Source: Octopus vulgaris (lineage: Eukaryota). Taken from it: a DNA stretch of 64,000 nt. The notes under the pieces are model-generated. The model was not told where the DNA came from. It saw only the letters and a program-made list of their open reading frames with translations, and did no database searches. The first letter of the stretch is position 1, and each line of letters starts with the position of its first letter. The stretch is taken from positions 72,664,001 to 72,728,000 of the forward strand of contig OX597816.1 of NCBI GenBank assembly GCA_951406725.2, in the 5' to 3' direction. A program made the position numbers and the translations under genes. Shown here in pieces: positions 1 through 12,530 of the stretch.

Positions 1-284
1 GGTAAAATGGGACATGTTGGGGGAAAAGGTAACAAGATAGACTGGAAGGAAGAGAGAAATGTAGGGAGTTGGGAGGGAAAGAGAGTGACTGGGAGAGCTT
101 AGGAGAAATGGAGACGATGGAAGAAAGAAAGAAAGAAAGAAAGGGGGTTTGTGTATGAAAACGAGGAGGTGGGGGAGAGACGTATGAGGTAGGGAAGAGG
201 TGTTCGGAATAAGGTGGATAGAAAGGTAATCTGTTTCGGATCCTTGCATTTTAGGCAATTCAAGATGTGAAAGTTTATTTGTTT

Positions 285-285
285 A

Positions 286-330
<45 letters not shown>

Positions 331-435
331 TTCGAGCGTATATATTTGGTGTTTGCTTGTGAAATGCATATGTATGCCTGTGCGTTCGTTTGCACGTTTG
401 TGTATGCACGGGGTAGTTTTTGCATGCTATGCGGA

Positions 436-481
<46 letters not shown>

Positions 482-1038
482 TGTAAGTATGTACGTGGAT
501 GTGTGTTGCAAAGTATTCGTGTCTGTATGAGTGTGTGTGTGTGTGTGTGTGTGTGTAATGTGGTGTGTGAGAGTGTTGTGTATGCATGTGACGAACATTT
601 GTATGAGATTCGGTGCATTTGGTCTGTGTGTGAGCTATATATATATATATATACAAACACACATATATATCTGTATATATATATGTATATATGTATATAT
701 ATGTGTAAATATATATGTATATATGTATATATATATGTATATATATATGTATATATGTATATATATATGTATATATGTATATATATATGTATATATATAT
801 GTATATATGTATATATATATGTATATATATATGTATATGTATATTATTTGTGTGTGTGTGTGTGTGTGTGTGAGTGGCATGAATGATGTGTGCGTGCATG
901 TGCGTATATACACGAGCTACTCCTGTAATGGTTTTTTTTTCTCTTTCGCACGCGCTTGTGGTTTGAGTCTGGTGATGTTTGCATGTTGCGTGATTGCATG
1001 TGTGGGCGTGTAAATTTGTAATGAGCATGTGCGTGCGA

Positions 1039-1094
<56 letters not shown>

Positions 1095-1098
1095 GTGT
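285..1098. repeat. Compound (TG)n/(TA)n/(TATG)n microsatellite tract
   Basis: Direct reading; explains the overlapping low-complexity ORFs. Confidence 0.95.
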
Positions 1099-1199
1099 TA
1101 AGGCATATCGTGTAACAAAAAGTTATATCAAGTTATAAAAGTATGAAAGCGAAAATATATATGGAAGAAGAAGTCAACACGAAAATGAAACAGCACTTA

Positions 1200-1323
1200 T
1201 ATCACCACTAACACAACAATCACCGAAACCCTCTCAGTTACCCCCACCAAGCACTACTACCATCACCAGCTCCATCATCACCACCAACGCCGCCACCACC
1301 ACAAGCCCACTGCCACTACTACT

Positions 1324-1415
<92 letters not shown>

Positions 1416-1464
1416 TGATGATAATAATCATTAAAGATGGTGATGATACTGCTGCTGCTACGAG

Positions 1465-1501
<37 letters not shown>

Positions 1502-1543
1502 GCTGCTTCTGCTACTGCAACTACTACTACTAATAATAATTGA

Positions 1544-1613
<70 letters not shown>

Positions 1614-1725
1614 TAAATATGGTGATGGTAGTGTTACTACTTCTACTACTACTACTACTACTACTACAACTACTATTACTGCTACTACTACCACTACCAC
1701 TACTACTACTACTACTATTACTAAG
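1200..1725. repeat. Trinucleotide arrays (CAC/CTA/TAA)n
   Basis: Direct reading. Confidence 0.95.
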
Positions 1726-2123
1726 GGAAGCTGAAGGAACATTTACACTGACGTCACTGATGTTATACTAAACAAGGTGAGAGGGAAAAGTACACTGAGA
1801 AGAAAAAATATCATCGTTAACTTCGTTGTCATCATCATCAGCAGCATCAATAGCAACAACATCAGCATCACCATGAACAACATCGTCGACGACGATAACA
1901 ACAACAACAACAACGAAGCGATTGAAAGAACTTCCAAAAAGATCCCCAAACTAGGAATAAACAACTCAAAAACAATGAGTTAACCACCAATGTAAGAAAT
2001 AAAATATCTTTGCGATCTGTTATGAGATGGAGTGAAAACAAGAATATAAATACACAATCACACAGTCACACACACACACACACACACAGAAAGATTATAT
2101 GCAATGATACGTGTACACTCATT

Positions 2124-2127
<4 letters not shown>

Positions 2128-2165
<38 letters not shown>

Positions 2166-2186
2166 GAAGGTTATATACAAAGATAC

Positions 2187-2232
<46 letters not shown>

Positions 2233-2325
2233 GAAGGTTATATACAAAGATACGTGTGTATATAAATATATATATATATATACAGGAAGATTATACGCAA
2301 AGATACGTGTATATATATATATGTA
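2128..2325. repeat. Minisatellite: three copies of tacaggaaggttatatacaaagatacgtg separated by (TA)n
   Basis: Copies start near 2161, 2228 and 2281. Confidence 0.9.
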
Positions 2326-2377
2326 TATATGTATACTTACATACATATATGCATATATATATACACACATATGCACT

Positions 2378-2416
<39 letters not shown>

Positions 2417-3098
2417 GTGTGTGTGTGTGTGTTGGTATTCTTGCGTGTGTGTATATACACACATTTATATTTCCTTTTGTATGCTTGTGCTATATACGTG
2501 TGTGTGTTGTTGTTGTTGTTGTGTGTATGTGTCTGGATGTACTTATAATGTTCCAAGACGCATGGAACGAAATAAACTTAGATTGCAAGCACGTGTATGC
2601 GTGTTTGTTACGCAGAATCGAAAAAAGGAAAAAAAATAATCAACTGATGGCAACCACGACGACCAGATGGCATCGGTGACGATCAAGACGACAATGATAT
2701 TGATGATGATGGTGGTGGTGGTGGTGGTGGTGAAGGTAATGACAACGACGACGACGACGGCGTCGATGTTGATAACGTTATTGAAAGAAAATGGAAGCTC
2801 AACAAAATGCAACGATGACATATGTTCATTTTATGTAGCGCACACATACTCGCACATTTTCGCAAGCAAACACATTGACACCATCACGCACACATACACA
2901 CATATACACACAGAAGAGAGTATTCACCACTGAAAGTCATAAACATATGCACGAATGTATATGGCGAAAGAAAAAAAAAACACTTAAAAAAACAATCACA
3001 CCTGAAAGAACCGAGAGAAAGGAGGCGGAGGAGGAAACAAAAAGTTTCGGGTAGCAACAAGAGGTGAAAAATAATAAGTATATCACTGTATAAATAAA

Positions 3099-4022
3099 TC
3101 TACTACATATGTGGGAAATTCTGTCTGTGGGTGTGTTTGTGGAGTTGTTAGCTAACTCCTCCTACATCGTTTTATCGATTTTGATGAAACTTGACACGTG
3201 GATATAACTCATGTCGCGAAACCTCATGGCATACTCATATTGTTGAAAATAAATCGATAATAGGGCCCCTGGAAGGGATCCTTATATATATATCTAATAT
3301 ATTTTATTTTAAAAACCAAGGGAAATAACCCATTCGTCCCTGGAAGGAATCATTATATATAGCCAACGGAGGTAACCCAAAAATTTTCCTAAATTATTTG
3401 GTAAAAATGAAATTGAGTATGCTTATTTCTTAGTATTTGAACTGTTAGAGCTATTTTCGTAATATATCTAGTACAACCTTTAAACATGTAAATAGTTTTT
3501 TTTCCCTAAACAATAGATTTATTTATTTCGGTTAGTGATTTATTCATGAATATACCAAAAGTAGCGCCCCTGAAAGTAATATTTGCTGGGAGCGCACAAA
3601 AGCCTTTTTCAAAGCTATTTACTTTGAATTGTTACCATTTCATATCTGATTAGCCTGTTAGTACGTAGCATGTTTTCGTGATTTTAGTATACCTACCATA
3701 TTAGTATTTCCTCCTAAGTTCTATATACTCTGAGAATGCATTAAAGCCCTTTTCGGATCTACTTTATTTGAATTATTACTATCGGATAACTAATTTCATG
3801 TTATTACATAACTGACATCACAATTTGCGCATTCATAACTTATTGGAAATTCCTAAAAACAAGATCCTGCGTAAGACAGTTCGGTATTTTCTGTAAATGC
3901 ACAAAAAACGTTTTAAGAGCTACATACTTTGTACTGTTATTATTGGATTAGCAAAACAATTTTGAGAACAGAACCAAGGGATAAACCCTGCTTTCCAGGG
4001 AATTAGCGGGTACGTCAGATAG
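3099..4022 (+). mobile_element. Degenerate non-autonomous Helitron-like element
   Basis: Starts TC after A (tctactacatatgtggg...ctgtctgt), contains tcgattttgatgaaacttg, ends with a GC hairpin-like segment then gcgggtacgtcagATAG before T (CTAG variant). Confidence 0.55.
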
Positions 4023-4077
4023 TATATGAATATATAAAAAGTAATGTAAGATACGACAAAAAAGTTTAATATAATAA

Positions 4078-4265
4078 TCCTTTCTATTATGGTCGCAAGG
4101 CCTGAGATTTGGGGAGATGGGACTAGTCGATTACATCGACCCCAGAGGCTCGACTGGTACTTAATTTCTTGACTCCTAAAGGATGAAAGGCAATGTCGAC
4201 CTCGACCTCGACGGAATTTGAACTCAGAATGTAAACACAGAGGAATTCTCCCAGCTCACCGCCCT
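4078..4265 (-). mobile_element. SINE family A (tRNA-derived head, central gtcgactttgcctttcatcctttcggggtcg domain)
   Basis: Matches more than 10 other copies in the window; AAT-rich flanks. Confidence 0.85.
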
Positions 4266-4287
4266 CTGGTTAATGTAATAATAATAT

Positions 4288-4488
4288 TTTCTAATAAAGG
4301 CACAAGGCCTGAAATTTGCGGGGAGGGGACTAGTCGATTACATCATCGATCCAGTGCTTCACTAGTACTTAATTTATCAACCCCGAAAGGATGAAAGGTA
4401 AAATCGACCTCGGCGGAATTTGAACACAGAACCTAAAGACAGGCGAAATACCGCTAAGAATTCTGCCCGGTGTGTCAACCATTCTGCC

Positions 4489-4490
<2 letters not shown>
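4288..4490 (-). mobile_element. SINE family A
   Basis: Reverse complement of B-box-like gttcaaattcc and the central domain; tail gccttgtgcctttattagaaa. Confidence 0.9.
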
Positions 4491-4551
<61 letters not shown>

Positions 4552-4712
4552 GTGTGAAAAAGCAATATAATGCATATACATGTATATGTGGATAAATGTA
4601 TGTAAACTTGTGAAGAAGGAAAAAAAAAGAAAACAACAGCAACGAGAAAAGAATATTATAGAAAGCAAAGCAGATGTGCAGAAATTACATGAATATATGA
4701 GTGTGCATGCGC

Positions 4713-4761
<49 letters not shown>

Positions 4762-5038
4762 TGTGTGCGTGTGTGCCTGTGTGTGTGTGTGCGTGAGTTT
4801 ATGCGTGTGTGTCTGTGCATTTATGAATCTGTTTATATGTCTGTGTGGTCTCTACAATGTAACTTGGTATACATATATATATATATATATACATACACAC
4901 ACACACATATATATACTTACATATATATGTATACATGCATATACAAATATATATATATATATACTTGTATATGTATACATACATATACAAATATATATCT
5001 ATATATACATACATACAGATATATGCATATATATGTAA

Positions 5039-5069
<31 letters not shown>

Positions 5070-5944
5070 CATACATATATATGCATATGCATATATATAA
5101 ATACATACATATATATATATATATATATGTATACATGCATACACACACACACACACATATATATATGCAAATATATATATATATATATATATATATGAAT
5201 GTATGCATGTATCTAGAAGCAAGATCTGTGCAACATGGCGAAACGAAAGCAAGGACAGAGTAGTACACTTTTAAGACAAATCTTGAAATGTCCGACTGTT
5301 TGTCGACAAGAATAGGGAAAAAAGAACCGCATAAAAAATAAAGACAAAAGAAAGAAAGAAAGAAAGTGAGAAAGAAGGAAAGGAGAAAGAAAGAGAAAGT
5401 AAGTGAGAAAAAAAGCAGAATGGAATGAAATATAGAAACTCATTTTTTTGTTTTTTCTTTTCTTTTTTCACACGCACTCTCATATGTCAAGATCTTTGGA
5501 ATAAAGAACGTTTGCCATTTCTAAGACGCTTCATTTTGTGGTATCTTAGATTATTTTTTATTTTCTTTTGCATGTTTTTTTCTTGTGTGTGTGTGTGTCT
5601 GTGTGTGTGGTAAGTGATTTTGTGAAAAGTGATTTTCTTTTTTTATGCTGAGGCATTTTATTTTAAGGAATTATATTTAGTCAGTGCGTATTTGAAAACG
5701 TCCGTTTTTTTTTCTCTATATTTCGTTGCTTCCTTTATACAACACGTAAGATGGTTTTGTAGTGTTTCAATAGAAAAAACTATCATGGTAATGAGTCAGT
5801 GTATATTTGTGCTTGGGTGTATGTGAGCGCGTATGTGCGTGTGCATGAGCATGTGTGTGTGTGTATGTGGGTATATATATATGCGTGTGTGTGTAATTCT
5901 TTTATTCTTTCACTTGTTTCAATCGTATATATATGTGTGTGCGT

Positions 5945-6130
5945 GTGTTTGCTCCCCCTCACCATCCATAGACAACTGATGCTGGCGTGTTTACGTCCCC
6001 GTAACTTAGCGGTTCCACAAAAGAAACCGATTGAGTAAGTACTGGGCTTACAGAGAATAAGTCCTGCAGTCGATTTATTCGACTACAGGTAGCGCTCCAG
6101 CATGTCCGCAGTCAACAATGAAAAGAATAA
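5945..6130 (+). mobile_element. SINE family B 3' half
   Basis: gtttacgtccccgtaacttagcggtt...gctccagcatgtccgcagtc matches the full copy at 42111-42523. Confidence 0.85.
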
Positions 6131-6169
6131 AAGAATATATGTACACACACACACAATATAAAATTAACG

Positions 6170-6672
6170 GCGGAACTCGAAGCAATCCAACGAAGCTACA
6201 CAAAGAAAATCGTCTCAAGCAACGTATCAGCTACTGGGAAAGACTGAAAGAGCTAAAATTCTTCTCCCTAGAACGAAGGCGGGAAAGATATGCAGTGATA
6301 TACATCTGGAACTTTGGCCTTGAAAGTTACACAAACAGCAAAACGTGGCGCCACTGCTCCCAGCATCTCCATCAAAATACAGGACCAGTTACAGCAACAG
6401 CTTGAGTCTCAAGGACCCACAGCTCTGCAGTATCCTTCCAAATAGCATGTGAGACCTGCATTGTGTGGATGTAGGTGTCTTCAAAATAAAATTCGATCTT
6501 CTATCAAGGGTTCCAAATGAGCCTGCCTCACAGCAGGAAACACAGATGAGTGCAGCGCCATCAAACTCCCTCGTTCACCAAATGTCACATGTCAGAGCAG
6601 GTATCAAATAATGTTGTACCACAGCCAACGGTGGTGTCCCAGCATGACCGCACCTTTACAGATGAAACACTT
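6170..6672 (+). mobile_element. CR1-group LINE 3' fragment (ORF2 C-terminus and tail)
   Basis: YWERLKELKFFSLERRRERYAVIYIW is homologous to [26 protein letters not shown] in the ORF at 24055-25946. Confidence 0.85.
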
Positions 6673-6730
6673 TAAAGATATATATACATACATACATTCA
6701 TACACACACACTCACACATATATATGAATG

Positions 6731-6784
<54 letters not shown>

Positions 6785-7149
6785 GGTATATGCTTAGTCA
6801 AACATGGGATTCCACATCAAAATAATATACACCCCGCTTTAATTACTCAGCTGAACACAAAATGAAAATAAATGAAATACTTAGACATACCCACGGAAAA
6901 GCAGATGCAATGTCATGTATATATTTAAGCACCCCAAATATATCCAAATAGAAATTCCGTAGCAAGTCTCGACACAAATGAAAATATTCTATGTGGTCAG
7001 ACGATTTAGCGTCTATTTTTCAAAGGAAAGGTTTTTTTCTTTTTGCCATTATTTATTGTTGAATTTATAAGCTTCACCTTAAGAGGTATTTTTCATATGC
7101 TGGCCACTGAAAAAAATTTTTGATAAACTTTTAATCCCTATATTAGAAG

Positions 7150-7361
<212 letters not shown>

Positions 7362-7385
7362 TTGCATATACATATAGATATAGCC

Positions 7386-9620
7386 ATACTTTATTTCATA
7401 ACATTTGCCATAAAGGCAGTACATAGAGTAAGTTAGCTTTGCGGGCTGGACGAGGACATTAATGAAATGAATGATAATGAAAGAAAGATGATGGGGATGG
7501 GAGAAGACAAGAAGTGCCCGCCGACTTCTGCTTCTCTAAAACATTGTTCTTTTAAAAACAAACACAAATCGAGGTATTAAACCTCTTACAATTTTTACAA
7601 CTTTTCAATTTTTGGACTTAACAGTCCATTACTAACAACAACATAGTTCATATGATATAAATACAATACACAAAGCTCCTCCTCCCAGACCTGGCTTACA
7701 CTTCCCTTAGGAATGCGCCAGCTCTAGGTCGGGGCCCCTCAAGTTGTATCACAATTTATGACTCGTCCTCAAAATAACTTGAGCCCGCACCCTCCGCCAT
7801 CCACCACGCATCCCTCAGAATGTAATCGAGTTCCGTGTTAGCGTCGCCCGGGACCAAGCTATAATCTTCATTGAGCTCCTTCAGCCCAAGCGTCACGTCG
7901 AACGCCACGGCCTCCACAGCTACCTGCGGAGGCCATTCGGGGTCCTGTGTGAAGGCTAAAGGCTCTCCCTTATGGTGCTTTTCCATCACCTTTTCAATCT
8001 CTCCGCCCCTATGGAAGAGGATCAATACATCGTTTTTCCTCGGGTGCGGGATATTCAATTCTTTCGTTGGCGGCACAGTTCCCGCCAACAATGTTTCTTC
8101 TCCTGTCGGTGACACAATCCCAACAGACGTAGTTCCAGGACATTCCGGTACTATGTCACCGACTGCCGGTAATGTCCCGTTTCGCTTCCTCTTTTTCTTT
8201 TTTTTCTTTTCAACTGAGGGAGGGTGCGTCTCCTCCGTGGCCGGAAGATTCGCCTTTCCCTCCTCATCTCTAGTATCCTTTGGTGAGCACCCATTGTTGC
8301 TCACCTTCCTTTTTCGGCTCTGTTTGAGGAGTCCTCCGCTTCTTCGGCCGTTTTCATTCCCTCTTCTACAGGGGTTTCACTTAACTGCTTCGGGATCCTA
8401 TTTTGTTCCCGGGGACAGTTTTTCTTTATATGGCCGGACTCCAAGCACCGATGACACCTAGTGGGGTGACCCTCAAGTATCAACGGGGCACCTGCACCCG
8501 GCCATTTTCAAAAAATCTGGAAGAACCAGATTGGCTGATTGGGTCCAAAGGGTCAAAATTGCTTTTGACCCAACCCAAACAGCCGCAGGAAGAACTTTCA
8601 CATTAAGAAGCTTAGTTCCGCTGCTACCCAGACCACGGCGGATAGTCTCCTCTATCCACTCGGGTTTTATCCCGGGTGGCAGCCCGCAGATCCAAGCTTT
8701 CGTCAGTCTCTTTTTTTGGTACGTGGGCAGAAATAAAATTTCCTTACCCTCCAGGGGTTTACTAGCAAATTTGCAAGCCTATTCAGGGGTGTCAAATAGC
8801 AACCACACCGTTGCATATCTGACACCCCTGGAAATGAATTTAATTTTTGGCAAATACTCTGCCAACTCCTTTTCAATTGCCGTCTTTTCGAATAGGGCGA
8901 TGGTGTCGAGTGCCTTGGAGTAGGTTCTCAACACCACCGTCCTATCTTCACGGTCTTTTAACCACTTTTTAGGCGGTATAATCTCCCATTCCAAAATTTT
9001 GTCATTTTTCATTGCCATGTTTTTTTGTTTTGAAATATATTCAAAATAAACTTAAAAAGCGAGAAGAAAAAAGTTCAAAAGTCCAAAAGTCCAAATAAAA
9101 TTCGATAGATTTTTTGAAAAAACAAAAAGGAGAAAGCACACACAGAAAGGAAGAAATCAACGGAAAGTTTTAAAAAAGTCAATAAACAGCAAAACACAGC
9201 CAAAATCTTCTGGCCTTACGGTACTCCCGGCCTGAGTTGAACCTGGAACGCCGCAACTGGAATACAACCTCCACAAAAATTGGTCCAAAAGGTAATCCAA
9301 AAGTGGCTTATTCTTATAATTTTCTTGCGAGATACGCCCACAAGAAGAATTCTCAATTCACCGTTACGGCCAAAATTTAACACTATTTTCAAACGAAAGT
9401 TTGGCAGGATACGCCCACCAAACCAATAATTTTCACAATTAACTGAATTTTCACTCAACCTCAGGTAGACCAGAGTCTAGTGAGGACTTCTTGCTTGTAA
9501 AAATAATTTGCAACATACAACAGGTCCCCACTAGACCCCCAAAATTCTTACCTTACGACTGAGTATTCAAAAGTCTTCAATTTAAGACAGCTTTCTAAAA
9601 CACGTCTTACATCTACGGTG
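7386..9620 (-). mobile_element. ORF1-only Tx1/L1-clade non-autonomous retrotransposon
   Basis: About 600 bp of 5' UTR, a gag-like ORF1, then a 3' UTR ending tgcctttatggcaaatgttatgaaataaagt that matches Tx1 tails at 36410-36440 and 38010-38040. No RT sequence. Confidence 0.75.
7756..9018 (-). pseudogene. Tx1-type ORF1 (gag-like, CCHC zinc knuckle), one stop and two frameshifts
   Basis: Joins ORFs 8779-9018, 8301-8483 (CHRCLESGHIKKNCP = CX2CX4HX4C) and 7756-8304 (basic tract KKKKKKRKR). RTVVLRTY...IKFISRGVRYATV matches RTVVFKTY...IKYIARSRTYGTV near 37310-37445. Confidence 0.8.
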
Positions 9621-10109
9621 TATATACTTGCCTATATTTATATGCATACTTATGTATCTATGTATATGCATTTGTATGTGTTTGTGAGTGTGTGAATTTT
9701 TGTAATCGACTTCAAGATTTGTCTTTATAAACCTCTTTCCGGTTCTATTTACTTTGAGCTATTTTCATGAATATGCTTGCATTGTTTGCTACACGAAAAT
9801 GCACCAATGAAATTAACAATTTTAAATTACATTTCATTCCCTACCGAAGTAAGTCCATGTTGGTGCTCTGAAGCAATTAGGCGGACCTGCAGGCATTTTT
9901 TTCAGTTTATGTAGAGAAGTATACATGCGTCCTGATAATTCGTATGCAATCTCGATTCTACTCGTAAGAATATGTATATAGAAGCCAGTGAATGTCCCTT
10001 ACGTATTGCTAAGTGTAGTTGCTGCCAGAATGAAGTTTGTGTTGAAAGAAATGCATTGCGTTTCGCATTTCCTACGTTTCATTTAGATGTGAAGAATGCA
10101 ACGATGCCA

Positions 10110-10255
10110 GCTGTTTCAGTCATTAGACTGCGGTCATGCTGTGGCACCAACTTGAAGAATCAATCCCAGTACTTAGTTTTCTTCAATACTGGTTCCTATT
10201 CTATCGGTTTCTTTTGCGCGGCCTCTAATTTACGGAGACGTAATCATACCAACAT
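10110..10255 (-). mobile_element. SINE family B tail, degenerate
   Basis: tgtttcagtcattagactgcggtcatgctg. Confidence 0.75.
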
Positions 10256-10309
10256 CTTTATTTCAACTGAAATACCAACATATTAAAAGTGCTCATTTTC
10301 TTCCTTATT

Positions 10310-10610
10310 TCAGATTGAAGATAACAGCACTTTGAACGGACCTTACTAAGCCCTGCTTGTCACAGCTGAACATTTTACAGAATGCAGCGGGGACATGAAG
10401 ACAATATGGAAGCACGTCAAGCAATAAAGAAACTTATGAAATGATCCAGAATGCTTATGAAAGAACTTGTATGAGTCAAGCACCATTTTTATTTTCGCTT
10501 GTCCAAGAGGCCAATTTCGAAGAGGACACCTGATGAAGGCTGGAGGGTATATCAACAAACAAGATGAGGACAAATATCCGTCAAATGTAAATAATGTAAA
10601 TAATGTTATA
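10310..10610 (+). mobile_element. Possible Penelope-like terminal (pLTR) fragment with truncated hammerhead core
   Basis: ctgatga+aggctg at 10530 with no stem II partner or GAAA; ends in (aatgtaaat) repeats next to (TA)n. Confidence 0.35.
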
Positions 10611-10665
10611 TATATTTATCTTTCAAATATATATAATACTGTACACAAGAATTTTCTCTTTATTC

Positions 10666-10719
<54 letters not shown>

Positions 10720-10839
10720 ACAATCAAGGAACGGCCATAATAGGCCATTCACCCACTAGAAATAACAGCCAAAGCTTCAACCGCAAATAAAAGTTAATTC
10801 TGTAAACCAGGAGAAAATTTAAAAAACATTTACCCTGTA

Positions 10840-10946
10840 ATTTCTTATACGATATACCGTTTCATCTGCTGATTAATGGTAAACTAACCTGATTAAATTA
10901 AATCAAGCCAATCTTCCACAGGCCCTCAGATTCTTCAGTAAGAAAT
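10840..10946 (-). ncRNA. Type I hammerhead ribozyme (copy 1)
   Basis: Reverse complement of 11657-11763. Confidence 0.8.
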
Positions 10947-11656
10947 AGCCCAAGTCGGAACAGATATTTTCACGAGGCATTTCCGACCTTGCCAAGTTTA
11001 TATCTGACCTAAAATTTTCAAATCGTCGCACTCGCGCCAAATTTATCGGCAGCAAATAAATATAAGCCGTCGATTCCATTACGGAATTAACCAGAAAATT
11101 CATAATTAATCAATATAGGGTGGCAAAAAAATTTTGTAGAATTCTTTTGCCACCAGCGGCCTAGTAGGAAAAAATTAAATAGTCATAGACCATTTTTAAG
11201 TTCAACATCAACAATCAAGGAACGGCCATAATAGGCCATTCACCCACTAGAAATAACAGCCAAAGCTTCAACCGCAAATAAAAGTTAATTCTGTAAACCA
11301 GGAGAAAATTTAAAAAACATTTACCCTGTAATTTCTTATACGATATACCGTTTCATCTGCTGATTAATGGTAAACGTTCCTTGATTGTTGATGTTGAACT
11401 TAAAAATGGTCTATGACTATTTAATTTTTTCCTACTAGGCCGCTGGTGGCAAAAGAATTCTACAAAATTTTTTTTTTTGCCACCCTATATTGATTAATTA
11501 TGAATTTTCTGGTTAATTCCGTAATGGAATCGACGGCTTATATTTATTTGCTGCCGATAAATTTGGCGCGAGTGCGACGATTTGAAAATTTTAGGTCAGA
11601 TATAAACTTGGCAAGGTCGGAAATGCCTCGTGAAAATATCTGTTCCGACTTGGGCT

Positions 11657-11763
11657 ATTTCTTACTGAAGAATCTGAGGGCCTGTGGAAGATTGGCTTGA
11701 TTTAATTTAATCAGGTTAGTTTACCATTAATCAGCAGATGAAACGGTATATCGTATAAGAAAT
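11657..11763 (+). ncRNA. Type I hammerhead ribozyme (copy 2)
   Basis: Stem I AUUUCUUA/UAAGAAAU; core CUGAAGA 11665-11671; stem II AUCUG...CAGAU; GAAA 11740-11743; stem III CGG-UAUA-UCG; GUA cleavage triplet 11753-11755. Confidence 0.85.
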
Positions 11764-12147
11764 TACAGGGTAAATGTTTTTTAAATTTTCTCCTGGTTTA
11801 CAGAATTAACTTTTATTTGCGGTTGAAGCTTTGGCTGTTATTTCTAGTGGGTGAATGGCCTATTATGGCCGTTCCTTGATTGTTGATGTTGAACTTAAAA
11901 ATGGTCTATGACTATTTAATTTTTTCCTACTAGGCCGCTGGTGGCAAAGAATTCTACAAAATTTTTTTTGCCACCCTATATTGATTAATTATGAATTTTC
12001 TGGTTAATTCCGTAATGGAATCGACGGCTTATATTTATTTGCTGCCGATAAATTTGGCGCGAGTGCGACGATTTGAAAATTTTAGGTCAGATATAAACTT
12101 GGCAAGGTCGGAAATGCCTCGTGAAAATATCTGTTCCGACTTGGGCT

Positions 12148-12254
12148 ATTTCTTACTGAAGAATCTGAGGGCCTGTGGAAGATTGGCTTGATTTAATTTA
12201 ATCAGGTTAGTTTACCATTAATCAGCAGATGAAACGGTATATCGTATAAGAAAT
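12148..12254 (+). ncRNA. Type I hammerhead ribozyme (copy 3)
   Basis: Identical to copy 2, 491 nt downstream; GUA at 12244-12246. Confidence 0.85.
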
Positions 12255-12478
12255 TACAGGGTAAATGTTTTTTAAATTTTCTCCTGGTTTACAGAATTAA
12301 CTTTTATTTGCGGTTGAAGCTTTGGCTGTTATTTCTAGTGGGTGAATGGCCTATTATGGCCGTTCCTTGATTGTTGATGTTGAACTTAAAAATGGTCTAT
12401 GACTATTTAATTTTTTCCTACTAGGCCGCTGGTGGCAAAGAATTCTACAAAATTTTTTTTGCCACCCTATATTGATTA

Positions 12479-12528
<50 letters not shown>

Positions 12529-12530
<2 letters not shown>

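Larger units (their letters stand above)
10716..12481. repeat. Tandem plus inverted array of a 491-bp hammerhead-containing unit (retrozyme-like), flanked by (TA)n
   Basis: Unit starts at 10718 and 11209 (period 491). Inversion junction at 11375. Inverted units restart at 11871 and 12362. Copies differ only in homopolymer length. Confidence 0.95.

Noticed and set aside
99-1028. 309-aa ORF and the many similar [16 protein letters not shown] ORFs across the window
   Set aside because: Translations of stop-free di- and tetranucleotide microsatellites; no coding signal.
7871-8923. Plus-strand ORFs of 196 and 130 aa
   Set aside because: Antisense shadows of the Tx1 ORF1.
11500-11700. Identical 66-aa ORF present three times (10903, 11500, 11991)
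   Set aside because: Identity simply reflects the repeat. No recognisable domain, it overlaps the hammerhead, and it is not evident in the diverged relative.
10716-12481. CRISPR-like array or DNA transposon with long TIRs
   Set aside because: No unique spacers; the arms are permuted tandem units with unequal ends rather than terminal inverted repeats.
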